Shown piece by piece: positions 47,501 to 60,370 of a DNA stretch of 64,000 nt. The notes under the pieces were generated by a model. It had not been told where the DNA came from and did not search any database. It saw only the letters and a program-made list of their open reading frames with translations. The stretch comes from Torpedo marmorata (taxonomy: Eukaryota): the NCBI GenBank assembly GCA_977017645.1, contig OZ360220.1, positions 282,410,001-282,474,000 of the forward strand, given 5' to 3'. How positions within the stretch are numbered: the first letter of the stretch is position 1; every line of letters begins with the position of its first letter. The position numbers and the translations under genes were made by a program.

Positions 47501-49453
47501 ATCAGTCAATTAGTAGTTCTCACTGCAGTTTTGTGTTTTGCTGTTGTTAACCCATTGAGTCCTGAGGGACAATTTCACTTTTCATAATCAGCACAGATGC
47601 GTTGGATGTTTAAAAAAAATGTGCTAAATTATTTTCAGAAGACGGCATTGGTTTTGAACACTAGCAGCAATTCTGAAGGAAAGATAAGTCCTTTACTGAT
47701 CCCTATTGAAACAGGAAAGAGGAATGAAGAGAAATCTAAATAGTTTTCATACTTGATTCCAGCACATTACAAAGTGCACCTGGTTCAATGCCTTGCTGGC
47801 CTGTGTTAAAGTTGGCTAATACCCGATAAATGTAGGAGCCAGCAGTGATCAAAGGATTCAGCACATACTGTACTTCCGTGGGAGTGTTGACAGAATAAAT
47901 TTTCTGCACATCAAGGCAAAATTGTTAAGCTGTGAGAACCAGAAAGCTGAACATCATAAGAAGATAGAAAGGAGCAAATGCCATTCATTTCATCTGGCTT
48001 GTTTAATCCAAATCATTGCTGAGGAGCTTCTCAGAAAATATTTAGATAGGGAACGAAATCAAGGGAGGCAATCTCACCTCTTGTCCAGCTGAGAGAAAGC
48101 ATTCAAATTACTTGCATACTTCCCTGGAGCTGATCGGTTTTGATTTCCATCTGTTTATTTTATTCATTTGCACATAACAGGTATCACTGTCAAGGCAACA
48201 ATTAGTCTCATCCCTAATTGACCTTAAGAGTCAGAGTGCTGGTGAGTCATCTTCTTGACTCCTTGCCATCCATGTGGCACAGCTACAGCCACAGTGGCTT
48301 TCCATTGAGGGTTCCCGGTTTTTAACCCAATAATGATAAAAGATGCCACTGCCTCCAATAGCATTCAGTGGTATTGCTATTGATGAATCCTGCAGCAGAG
48401 TTTGAAAGTAAACACGAAAATCTGTAGACACCGTGGTTGAAGTAAAAAATTGGCTCATCCAGAAGCAAAGTCAGAATGCTCAAAATAGCCTTTAATCAGC
48501 ATAGCACCCACATTCTGGTAAAACCCTTCAAAAATTTAACTTTTGTAATGTTATTTGGGTTTTATGATTGGAAGCAAAATAAAATAGCACATTAGACAGA
48601 TATGATGTTCCATATTTTGGTTTCTTATTCTCAAGGATTTGCCTGTGTTTATTTTCCAGACATTATCATTGAAGTGAAGGTTAAAATAGAAAGAAAATTA
48701 CTGGTTGAAAATTGTTTGTAAATACACAGCTAACTTTCCTGGTTATTTTTTCCTACCTTCTCGGCCACCTTTTTCCTAAACCTGCTATGTCTGATGAACA
48801 TCTCTAATCATGAAATTGAGATTTTAATTAGAGTCTTAGAGTCAAAGAGTCATGCAATGTGGAAATACTCCCTTCGGCCCAACTTGCCTACACAGATTAA
48901 AAAGCCTTGCCTACACTCGTCCCTAAACTAGCCGGTGTTTGGCTCATATCCCCCTAAACCTATCCGATCCATGTATCTGCTCAAATATTTCTTGAATGTT
49001 TGAACAGTACCAGCCTCAACCGCCTCCTCCAGCAGCTTGTTCCATACATCTACCACCCTCTGTGGGGAAAAAAAGTTACCCCTCACTTTCCTATTAACTC
49101 TCTCCCCCCTCACCTTAAACCTATGTCGTCTGGATCTCGATTCCCCTACTCTGGGCAAAAGACTCTGTGCATTCACCTGATCTATTACTCTCACGATTTT
49201 GTATATCTCTATGAGATCACCCCTCATCCTCCTGTGCTCCAAGAAATAAAGCTTTATCCTGCACAACCTCTCCTGATAGCTCAGGTCTGTGAGTCCATGC
49301 AGCATCCTCATAAATCTTCCCTGAACTCTCTTCAGCTTGACAACATCTTTTCTATAGCATGGTGACCAAAACTGAACGCAAACCTCCAAATGTTGCCTTA
49401 TCAATGTTTTGTACAACTGCAACATAACCTCCCAACTTCATACTCAATACTTT

Positions 49454-49959
49454 TTTAAAAAAAAATATTTTATTTAAAATTTTTAAATCACAAAATACAT
49501 AAGGCAAAATATAAAATTACCAAAATACATGTGATACATTTTCTCCCCCCAACCACCCTCCCCACCCTAACCCTCCCACCCCTACTAATCTATAAAGTAA
49601 AAGAAAAAAAAAGATAGATTAAGGAGAAAGTCAATCTACAAGAAAAAAACACTATAATCTAAATCTATTGTGGAAAATAGGTTTACCAGTCTGATCCGAT
49701 ATCAGGAGATCTTCAAATTTTTAGACCAACTGCTTTTATATATGGGCTCCACATTTTCAAAAAGAAATGATATTTATTACGTATATTATAAGTAATTTTT
49801 TCAAGTGGTATACATGAACGAAGTTCTGCATGCCATCTTTCTAAACCTAAATCTACATCAGATTTCCAATAATAGCAATGCATTTCTTAGCAACAGCTAA
49901 AGCAATTCTCAAAAACTCTATCTGATACATATTTAATTTCGTCATAATACTAAATTTGC
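49454..49959 (-). mobile_element. L1-clade LINE 3' end
   Basis: 15-bp TSD CATACTCAATACTTT at 49439-49453 and 49960-49974. Confidence 0.9.
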
Positions 49960-50562
49960 CATACTCAATACTTTGACCGATGGCCCATTTGCCAAAAGTG
50001 TTTTTGACTACCCTATCTAGTTGTAATTCCACTTTGTAGAAACTATGTACCTACAGAATATTCATAGATCCCTCTGCTCTACAAACTCCCCAAATCCCTA
50101 CCATTCACTGTGTAGGTCCTATCCATGTTAGACTTCCCAAAATGTAACACGCCACATTTCTCTGTATTAAATTCCATCAACCATTCTTCTGCCCACCCGA
50201 TCAGGTCCCCAAAGGCTCATCCATGAACACTTCATCCATTTGCCCTTCCCGATTTCCCAAGGCTAGATCAAGCGTTGCCTTCTCCCATGTGGGACCCTCT
50301 ACATATTTCCAGAGGAAACTTTCCTGACTGCATCTGACAAATTCTACCCTGTCTTAACCTTTCACACTATGACTTTCCCATTGAATATTTGGAAAGTTAA
50401 AATCCCTACCATGACGACCATATTTGACCTACAGCTGGCAGCAACTTCCTGGCATACTTACTCCTCTAATTCCCGTTGACTATTTGGGGACTTGTACTAC
50501 ACTCTCAACAAGGTGATCCTGCCTTTCTTGTTCCTCAGCTCCACCCATATAGCCTCACTAGC

Positions 50563-51140
50563 TGTAATTACTTACCTTGGTCGCGGCGCTCTGATGTCTC
50601 GGCGGGTTACGGAGGAGTCGTGGTGTTTGTAGGCCGTGTTCGGCCTATTTGGTACTCTGCGCATGCGCTAGAGTGCCGACGGGCGCATGCGCAGTTGGGA
50701 ATGACGGCAGTGTGCGCGGTGGAGTGTGCGCGGTGGAACGTGCGCGGTGGAGTATGCGCGGTGAAATAGGCGCATTGAGCTTGCGCGAATGGGGAAGAAG
50801 AATAGGAAAAAGATGGCGACGTAGGAGGGTGAGTGAGATCGCCATATCTTTTATTGACCGTTTCATTGAGCGTTTCATTGAACATTTAAACTAGCTTTAT
50901 TATGGTTTAAAGTAATTTAATTGAACATCTAAATACAGTCAAAGGAATCGTTTAAAGGAACTCATTAAACATCGTTATCAAGAACTGTTTATATTTAAGT
51001 CATTGAAGATTGCTGCAAGTCACGTGTGTAAATAAAGTTTTTGAACATATCGGACTTTGTTAGTAAATTAATTGAAACACGTCAAAGACAAGTATCTCAC
51101 TTAGCCTCCAAGTGACTATTGTTGGATCAAAGTCACTATA
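50563..51140 (+). repeat. BEL 5' LTR
   Basis: Starts TGTAA and ends CACTATA. Aligns to 61768-62330 at offset 11190 with about 14 substitutions counted by eye. Confidence 0.9.
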
Positions 51141-51255
51141 TTATTAGTCAATAAAAGAGGTTGTTTGGAACAGAAAATTGAAGGAAAGAAGATAGAATAA
51201 TCTCTCTGTGCTTTGGACTGATATTTAAAATAAAATGGTGGCCATCTTGGAGATG

Positions 51256-51476
51256 AAAAGTAAACACGAAAATCTGTAGACACCGTGGATGAAGTAAAAA
51301 ACACAAAAGCTGGAGAACTCAGCAGGTCAGTGTCTTTTATGTAGCAAAGGTAGAAATACATAACCGACGTTTCGGGCTTGAGCCCTTCATCATTGATGAA
51401 GGGCTCAAGCCCGAAACGTCGGTTATATATTTCTACCTTTGCTACATAAAAGACACTGTTTGACCTGCTGAGTTCT
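51256..51476. mobile_element. Penelope tail insertion forming a palindrome
   Basis: 14-bp TSD CCATCTTGGAGATG (51242-51255, 51477-51490). Arms are inverted around 51393. Confidence 0.85.
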
Positions 51477-51835
51477 CCATCTTGGAGATGCCTCGAGTTG
51501 GGGGCAGTTTGTAATCCACATCCATCTGCCATGAGTAACAGCCAGAGAGGGATTTAAAGCTTCAAATCTTATAGTAAAGTGTACTATAAATACGTTGGAG
51601 AAACCATTTTTGGAAAATCAGCGATATTATTGACGGATGTTGTGGTTGAAACTCGTTTGTGAATAGCAGCACATTACAGTCATCTGAAGTGGTAGGCATA
51701 TAAGTCTGTGGACTCCTTCTGTGTATCTTTGGCAAGTTAGAACACAGATTGGATTTGCTTCCGCAAGTCCATTGGGGACTGTTGATTTGGCTAGTGTTGT
51801 GTAGGCTTGAAGGACAGTGGAACAAGACGAGTAAA

Positions 51836-54800
51836 ATGACCACAGCAGCCTCTGATGCAGCAGCCACTGATGTATCAGCAGCTGACGCAGCAACCGCTGA
51901 TGTTGCTGTTAAGGACCAATGTATGGAAGACATGAAGGTTGCGGATATTAAAGAAGAATTGAAGCGACTGAAAAAGGACATAAGTGGAAATAAAAAGGTT
52001 CTCATCGCAAGATTGAAGCTGGCAAAGGAAAAAAAGGCAGCTTCGTTAGATGAACAAGAAGATAACGTGGAAATGGCTGAAATTGTGTCACCAAATGAAG
52101 AGGATGAAGATGCAAAGGATATACAATTTGAATTGGAGAAAGAGGTACGTATGAAGACAACATATGACGTGCAGGATGAAATACAAGCAAGTGACAGTGT
52201 CTCAAATGCTGAAAGCAGGAGAAGCAAACAAAGTTCTGGTTTGAGCTCCAGAGTTTCTCGTACTTCAAGTTCTGCATCGTCACGTACAAAGATTGACGTT
52301 GACTTGGCCGCTCTTCTTACACAACAAAAAACGCTTAAGGATAAACATATTTTAGAACAAAAGGAGGAGCAGATAAGACAAAAGGAGGAGCAGATAAGAC
52401 AAGAGAAGGAGCAGCTAAAGCAGCAACAACAGCGACCTCCCAGTAGCCAACCATTTCAATTCCGGGTCACACTCCCACACTCACATGTCTGTCCATGGCC
52501 TCATGTACTATCCCACCCAGACTACCCGCAAATTGGAGGGACAACATCTCATATTCCGTCTCGGCACTCTCCAGCCAGATGGCATTAACATTGACTTTTC
52601 TGCTTTCCACTAAACCTGCTTGTCGTTCCCTTCCCCTCCCCCCTCACCTGTCCTTCCTGTTTTTCTCCAGCTACCTAGCCATCCCTCCTCCCCCTCTTTG
52701 CTGCTGTCCCCTCCCTCCTTTCTCCACCTATCATCTCCTGCCTTTGCCATCCCCCTTCCCCCCTCACCCTTTTGTTCGGACGCCTACCGGCATTTTCTCA
52801 TACTTTGATGAAGGGCTCAAGCCCGAAACGTCGGTTATGTATTTCTACCTTTGCTACATAAAAGACACTGTTTGACCTGCTGAGTTTCTCCAGCATTTGT
52901 GTTTTTTACCTAAAGCAGAGAAAGGAACAGCAGGAGCTGGAAGCAAACATTACTATTGCCAAGGCAAAAAAGAAAGCAATAGAAGGCTCAATGGTATCTG
53001 GTGCTAGAAGTAAATTATCTAAAGTGTCTGATAATAAAAGGTCATATTTTAAAAATGAGTCACAGGAAAAGAAACCAACCAAAAGGGTAGATATTTTAGA
53101 ACCAAGGATACAAGACTTGCATATACAAGGACAAATCTTACAAGAGCATATTGGTATCAAGTCACATGTACCAGTTGTAACATCTGCAGACAAAGCTGCG
53201 GCTTGGGTTCAGTCGAATGATGCAGCTTCCTTGTTATTTGAGTCAAGTATCAGAAATATGGAAGAAACTACACCAGTGAGGTTTCCAGATACATTACCTG
53301 CAACAAGAGACGGTGAACAGAGCAATGTATTGTCATCCAAGGAAAGACAAAATGAAATCGCTGCATCATTGATTCAGTTACAGTCTCTCTCTTCTTTACC
53401 CAAGAAAGAGATACAAATTTTTGATGGAGATCCACTTCAGTATCAATCATTTATCAGATCTTTTAAACGCAATATTGAAAATAAATGCCAAGATCGTGAT
53501 GAATGTCTTTATTATTTGGAAATGTTCACAAAGGGACATCCAAAAGAACTGGTAAAGAGTTGTCAACATATGTCCTCAGAAAGAAGATTAGACAGATCTA
53601 AGGCTTTACTGGAACAACATTTTGGCAACATGTATCGAATTGCTTTAGTTTATATGGATAAAGCTCTTAAATGGACATCAATAATGGACAAAATGATGTA
53701 AAGGATCTACAAGAATATACTCTATTTTTAAGAGGATGTTGTAATGCCATGGAAGATATCAATAATATTCGTGAGCTTGAAGTGCCTGGTAATATGAGAA
53801 TCATCTTAGAAAAATTACCTTACAAGTTATGGAATAGATGGAGAAATTTGGCTTGTGATTTACAAGGAAATTACGGTCGAAGAGCTACCTTAAAGGATTT
53901 GGTAAATTTTCTTGAACGACAGGTGTACATTGAAACAGATCAAATATATGGAAATACCAGAGACAATTCAATGGGTAAAGATGTAAGGAGGTCTAACTCA
54001 CAGCCTAGTCCGAAATTGAAAAGGAGTACTTTTGCTACTAATGTGTCAGTTATAAATAAAGAAAAGGACAAAGTAAATAAGGAAAAGGAAAGTTTGCCTG
54101 ACGAAAACAGTTGTTTGTTCTGTAAAGGTGGACATTCTTTGGAAATGTGTTTACGATTGGAAAAGAAGGAACATAATGAAAAGATTGCTTTCTTAAAGGA
54201 AAATGGAATATGTTTTAGCTGTCTGTGTAAAGGGCACATCAGTAAAAACTGCGAGAAGCGAATTAATTGTAACATATGCAATTTGAAACATCCTAGAATT
54301 TTGCATATCCATCACAGAAACAAGAAATTGGAAAAGGAACAAACAGAAACAAAGGAAACAACAGAAAACAATGTTATAACCTCGGTTCAGACAAGTGGTC
54401 TTACCGGGGCCGGTGTGGATAACTGCAAACTTTCGATCGTGCCTGTACAAGTCAAGACCAAGAAAGGGGATGCAACAGTACAAACATATGCATTTCTAGA
54501 CCCAGGCAGCACTGCAGCTTTTTGCATGGAAGGACTAATGAATAAACTTAATATTCAAGGAAGAAGATCAAGAATTATGTTAAAAACCATGGGACAAGAA
54601 AGGGTCGTTGAAACCAGCATTGTTTCAGGCTTAGAGGTTGCTGGATTGGATGACAAAAAATTTTGTGATCTTCCAAGTTTATATACTCAGAAGACTATGC
54701 CTGTGCATGAAAGAAATATTCCTCATCAAAAAGATATCCATCATTTAGCTTATCTGTGGAAGGTTTATTTACCTGAAATTAATTCTGAGATAGAAATGCT

Positions 54801-54949
54801 GATTGGTTTAGATGTGCCAAAGTTTTTGGAACCACTAGAAGTAATACAGAGTAGAAGGAATGGACCTTACGCTATTAGAACCAAGCTTGGTTGGACAATC
54901 AATGGACCATTGGAAAGAAATAATGATATTGCTCAGGAACAGTTAGCGA
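51836..54949 (+). pseudogene. BEL gag-protease (SAP-like N-terminus, coiled coil, DUF1759-like region, 3 zinc knuckles, aspartic protease); interrupted by Penelope, with one frameshift near 53685
   Basis: The frame is restored when 52424-52918 is removed. Motifs: FDGDPLQY, CLFCKGGHSLEMC, CFSCLCKGHISKNC, CNICNLKHPRILH, AFLDPGST, GPYAIRTKLGWTINGPL. Confidence 0.85.
52424..52909 (+). mobile_element. Penelope-like 3' fragment inside BEL gag
   Basis: Near-identical to 23690-24172. 9-bp TSD CTAAAGCAG (52415-52423, 52910-52918). Confidence 0.9.
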
Positions 54950-56335
54950 AAAAGGTACCAGAAGAATTTATATACAAATGGAATTCAAAACTATTGACAG
55001 GTGTTAAAGAAACGCCGCTATTAAAACATTTGATTAATGCTTGGAATAAGGTTAATGATGAGATAGGGTTGAAAAGAAATATATCACCCAAAGTGCCTTT
55101 GATACAGAATAATCTTATACCATTTACAAAAGATAATCAATTTTTAAACATTTGGTCACTGAATGGAATAAAAAATATAGAAGATTGCTATGAAGGAAAC
55201 CAATTGATGTCATTTATACAACTACGGAATAAATATGGAATACCTAATAATGCTCTTTTTTGCTATTTTCAATTAAGAGGTTATTTAAGAGAAAAATTAG
55301 GTCCAGATATGTTGCTACAAGATTGTAGTGAGGTAGAAACCCTTATTAGGAAAGGAAATATTAAGAAATTTACTTCTATAGTGTATTCTTTGCTACAAAG
55401 GGGAGCTTTAAAACGAGGACTTCATAAATCTAGACAAAGATGGGAACAAGATCTTAATGTTACAATTGATGAAAAAAGATGGTCAGATTTATGTTTAGAT
55501 AGTATGACTAATACTGTTAATGTAAGATATAGATTGGTACAATATAATTTTTTACATCAATTATATCTTACACCACAAAAATTGAATAAGATCAAAGTTA
55601 CGCTATCAAATAGATGTTTTAGATGTGGCGAAGAAGAGGGAACTTTTTTACACTCAACGTGGTTATGTCCAAAAGTTAAAGGTTTTTGGATAGAGTTAGG
55701 AAACCGGCTAAAACAAATTACAGGTGTTACATTTCCACAGAATCCTGACTTATTTTTATTGGGAAATGTGGAAGGAACTAGACCAAAATTGAAATTATCT
55801 ACATGGCAATTGAAATTTGTAAAAATTGCAATAGCAGTAGCAAGGAAATGTATAGCAGTAACTTGGAAATCAGATATAAATTTAAGTATGGACAGATGGA
55901 ATTCAGAGATGCGGAAAGAATAACATATAATATGAGGAATAAATATGGGGTATTTTTGCAAATTTGGCGTCCATTCATCCAATTATTAGGTATGAATATT
56001 TAAATGTGTTGCCCTACATCCTAGACCCTGCTGACTCTCTTAAATTTAAAGAATAAATATTGTTGAATGTCTCGCACCGACCGAGCCGTGGACCCGTACG
56101 GGTGTTTTCGATAAATATCAATGTCTTCTCCTCTTTTTTCTTTTCTTTATTTTTAGTAAGGGGAGGGAGTAAGGGATGGGAAGGGTGGAGGGTGGTTTGT
56201 TTTAGCGAGGGTGGGTTGAGATGGGGTTAGAACCACTGTAATACAAATTTTGTTTGTATTGGATTTGTTAATATTTACTATATATTTTGTATTATTGTGA
56301 AAAATTTGAAAAGTTAAAATAAAATATATAAAAAA
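54950..56335 (+). mobile_element. L1-clade LINE 3' fragment (second subfamily) inside BEL
   Basis: 15-bp TSD AGGAACAGTTAGCGA (54935-54949, 56336-56350), ORF2 C-terminus (CFRC..H..W.C), A-tail. Confidence 0.92.
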
Positions 56336-56486
56336 AGGAACAGTTAGCGATAAATATTAATAGAATTTTGGTTGTGAAAGTTGATGAGTTAAGCAAAGAG
56401 CAAAAAACTGTGAATAAGAAAATCACTTTTGAAGAAAAGAAAACAGATCAATGTGAAAATAAATCAAGGGTATTTAAAACAATATT

Positions 56487-59400
56487 TTAAAAAAAAATAT
56501 TTTATTTAAAATTTTTAAATCACAAAATACATAAAATAAAATATAAAATTATCAAAGTATTTGTGATACATTTTCACCCCCCTCCCCCCTCCCCTCCCCA
56601 ACCCGCCCAACTCCACTAATCTAATAAAAATAAAAATATAAAATAAAAATAGAAAAAGAAGAAGAAAAAAGAAAGAAAAAGATAGAGTAAGGAGAATGCC
56701 AATCTATAAACTAATTCTATTATGGAAGTCAAGTATGCCAGTAGATCCGATATCCAGAGATCTTCAAATCCTTAAACCAACAACTTTCATATATGGGCTC
56801 CAAATTTTTAAGAAAAAATGATATTTGTTACGTAAACTATATGTAATTTTTTCAAGTGGTATACACGAACGAAGTTCTGCATGCCATATTTCTAATCCTA
56901 AATCTAAATCAGATTTCCAAGTAATAGCAATACATTTCTTTGAAACAGCTAAAGCAATTCGCAAAAATTCTATTTGATACATATCTAATTTCATCTTAAT
57001 ACTAAATTTTCTAATATCTCCAAACAAAAAATATCATAGGATCCATTGGAAATGTAATCTTAAATACTTTATCTAAAATTTTTTTAACTTTCAACCAAAA
57101 ATCATAAACTTTTGGACAAAACCATGTAGAATGTACAAAAGACCCTTCCTCTTTATTACATCTAAAACATAAACCTGATAATGTCAGATTAAATTTCTTT
57201 AGTTTTTTAGGTGTTAAATATAATTGATGAAAAAAATTGTATTGTACTAATCTATATCTAACATTAATAATCTTCATCATACTTAATTTACATAATTCTT
57301 TCCAATTCAAATAATAATCTTTAAAAGAATCATTTATTTCTCGAGGTTTATAAGTTATTTCTCTAGAGTTCTTTTCCTTATAGCATTTATAGTTCTAGAA
57401 ATTTGATCTTTTTTTAATTGCCATGCCAAGACTTTATGAGCTCTTTCCCCTAACTCATAGTATCTTTGTTTAGTTCTTTCAATTAATTTTTCCATTTTAT
57501 ATGTTTGTAATAAATTGTAATGTAATTTCTTCCCAATTAAATGGTTCCTTTTTTGAATTGATCTGATTTTTTGTAAATCTTTTTCCAAACATTCAATCTA
57601 CTTCTCTAAATTTTCCACTTCCCTAAGATAATCTTTCTTAATTTTTGCTGAATAACTTATTATTTGACCTCTTAAATAAGCTTTTAAAGCTTCCCAAATA
57701 ATAAATTTATTATCAATAGAATTAGAATTTATTTGTAAAAATTCCTGAATTTCCCTTCTCATATAATCACAAAAATCTTTTCTTTTTAATAAAGAAGAAT
57801 TGAATCTCCAGCTATATACAGTTTTTTCTTTTTCCGGAATTATACAAGATATTAATAAAGGTGAATGATCAGAAATTATTCTCACTTTATAAGATGCTTG
57901 TGTTATTCTATCTTGAACCTGTGAAGACAATAAAAATAAATCTATCCTAGAATATGAATCATGTCTGAAAGAATAAAAAGAATAATCTTTTTCTCTAGGA
58001 TTCAATTTCCTCCAAATATCTATTAAATTTAAATCTTTCATCAAAGTAAGAACTCTTTTAGCAATTTTAGTTTTAGCAAGTGATCTTGAAGTTTTATCCA
58101 TTATTGTATCTAGACAACAGTTGAAATCTCCCCCAATTAAAATATTCTCATTAGCTTCTGACAAATGTAAAAAAGAATCTTGAATAAACTGTTCGTCATC
58201 TGCATTTGGCACATACATATTCATATGTGTCCAGAGTTCTGAATAAATCTGGCAATGTATCAAAACATATCTACCTGCCACATCTATAACTACTGATTGT
58301 ATCTTAAAAGGTAACTTTTTATTAATTAATATAGCTACCCCTCTTGCTTTAGAATTAAATGAAGAAGGCACCACTTGACCAACCCATTGTCTTTTTAACT
58401 TTTGATGTTCCGAATCTATCAAATGCGTCTCTTGTAAAAAAGCTATATCTACATTCAACTTTTTAATATATGCTAAAGTTCTCTTTCTTTTAATCGGATT
58501 GTTAAGCCCATTTATATTAATACTTACTACATTTATTTTCTTACTATCCATCGTAACTAAATTTTATCAAATCTCTTTCGATCAAATCTACCCGCTTTTT
58601 CCTCCAAAATTGTAAACTATTTGGCATCTCCTTAAAGAAATTGAAGAAAAATAAAAAAGAAAAGAAAAAAGAAAACCCCGATGAATAAAATACTGGTACA
58701 ATTACCCCAGTATTACCCCCCTCCATTGCTCGAGAAGTGGCTCTCGCCACTAAAGTGGTGTATGGCTAGGAAGAAGTGACAAAAAGTCCACCTCCCCCCA
58801 ACAGATTTTACAAAACATTATTAATCATAACTTCATTTAACTGTTCCAATGTCCACATTATCTTGATCTTCTTCAATCTGGACTTGAATCCTCTCCTCTT
58901 TTCGTGAAGAACTTGGCGAAGAAATTCGTAGTGGTGAACTCTCTTGACCTTGTTGATAAACCATCTCATCTTGATCTTTGATCAAATAAGGAAGAGTTTG
59001 TGCATGCCTTAGCGCTTGTTGGCGATCCATAAACGTAGTGAAATGATTTCCTTCAATTTGAATACTCAAAGCCGCAGGATATTTAAAGGAAAACTTATAT
59101 CCTTTTTGCCAAAGAAGTGCTTTGTTGGATTAAATTCTTTCCGACTTTTAACTACCATAGAGCTCAAATCTGGATAAAAGAGCACTCTATTTCCATTAAT
59201 CATCAGTGGAGATCCATCCATTCTTACATTTTGAATGGCTGCTCTTAATATTTTTTCTCTATCTTGATATCTGAGACATTTAATCAAAACTGGACGTGGA
59301 CTTTGGTCCATCTGTTGATTTCGTCTCCCAATTCTGTGTGCTCTTTCCAACTCCACTGGCTTATCCAAAGACAGAACCTGCAGAAGCCAATCTTGAAAAA

Positions 59401-60355
59401 ATTCAGTTATATCTTGTTTTTCAAAATTTTCAGGAAGTCCTAATATTTTAATGTTATTTCTCCGGCTTTGATTCTCCAATTGATCCAATTTTTGTAGAAG
59501 TTGATTTCTTTGTTGTTCCCAACCTGTAAATGAATCTTCTATTTTATCAACTCTATCCTTATGATCCACCAATTCATCATAATTATTTTTAACATCTTGC
59601 TCAATTTTTTGAACTTTAATTTTCACTGTACTCACAGTATTTTTTCAAACTTATCATATCTTGCTTCACCTCTTTAATTTCTACTTCCATTGAATTAAAT
59701 CTAAATTCCATATGTGATTCTAACTTTGCAATGGTCTGAAGTATTTGTTGTTGATTTGTTTTTATTGACATGAATTCTTTAGCTGGGTCCTCAGGGTACT
59801 CCTCAAATTCTTCCATCTCTTGTTCCAGGATTTGTTGCATTTTCTTATCTTTTCCTTCTGATTCTGACGATGTTTCCTGCTCCACAGCGTATAGCAACGT
59901 CTGTGGAGCATCTCTTCTGCTGTCAGATTCGTCTGACAGTTCACGTTGTCTTTCGCGCATGCGCGTCGTTTCGCGCATGCGCGGCTGCTCCAACATCATT
60001 TTTGTAGTTTTTTTTTTAGTGCCGGCGCCATCTTCCCCAGCTCCCTGGGAGAGCAGCGCCGGCGCTACAGTCTCTCTCAGCGCCTTCGATCGTGCCGATT
60101 TCGGAGGAAGAAGTACCTGAGTCCCAGGCTCCAACAGACAGGTAGGCCGTTTTCCTTCTTGAAGTAAAGTTAATTGTAGCATAATTTTCTTTGTTTTTTG
60201 TTCTCTCGTTTTTATAGAGGCCATTGCTAAATAACTAATAATGACTTTTAATTTATTCTTAAACTGTATAAAGTTATTTATAAAGGCTTCTTAACTAAAT
60301 CTGTGGGGAGAGGTGTATTCTCACGTCCTCTACCTACGCCATCATGCCACGCCCC
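56487..60355 (-). mobile_element. L1-clade LINE with intact 5' end, frameshifted ORF1 (60224-58833), ORF2 APE (58551-57598), RT deleted, 3' end present
   Basis: 15-bp TSD ATTTAAAACAATATT (56472-56486, 60356-60370). ORF1 motifs ENQSRRNNIKILG and ERAHR. APE motifs LQETH, GDFN, SRIDL, SDH. Jumps to the ORF2 C-terminus near 57308. Confidence 0.92.
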
Positions 60356-60370
60356 ATTTAAAACAATATT

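Noticed and set aside
51562-52227. 221-aa Ser-rich minus-strand ORF
   Set aside because: Antisense shadow of the Glu/Lys-rich BEL gag.
53671-55923. Novel 750-aa host gene
   Set aside because: Fully explained by an L1 insertion with a 15-bp TSD into BEL gag-pro.
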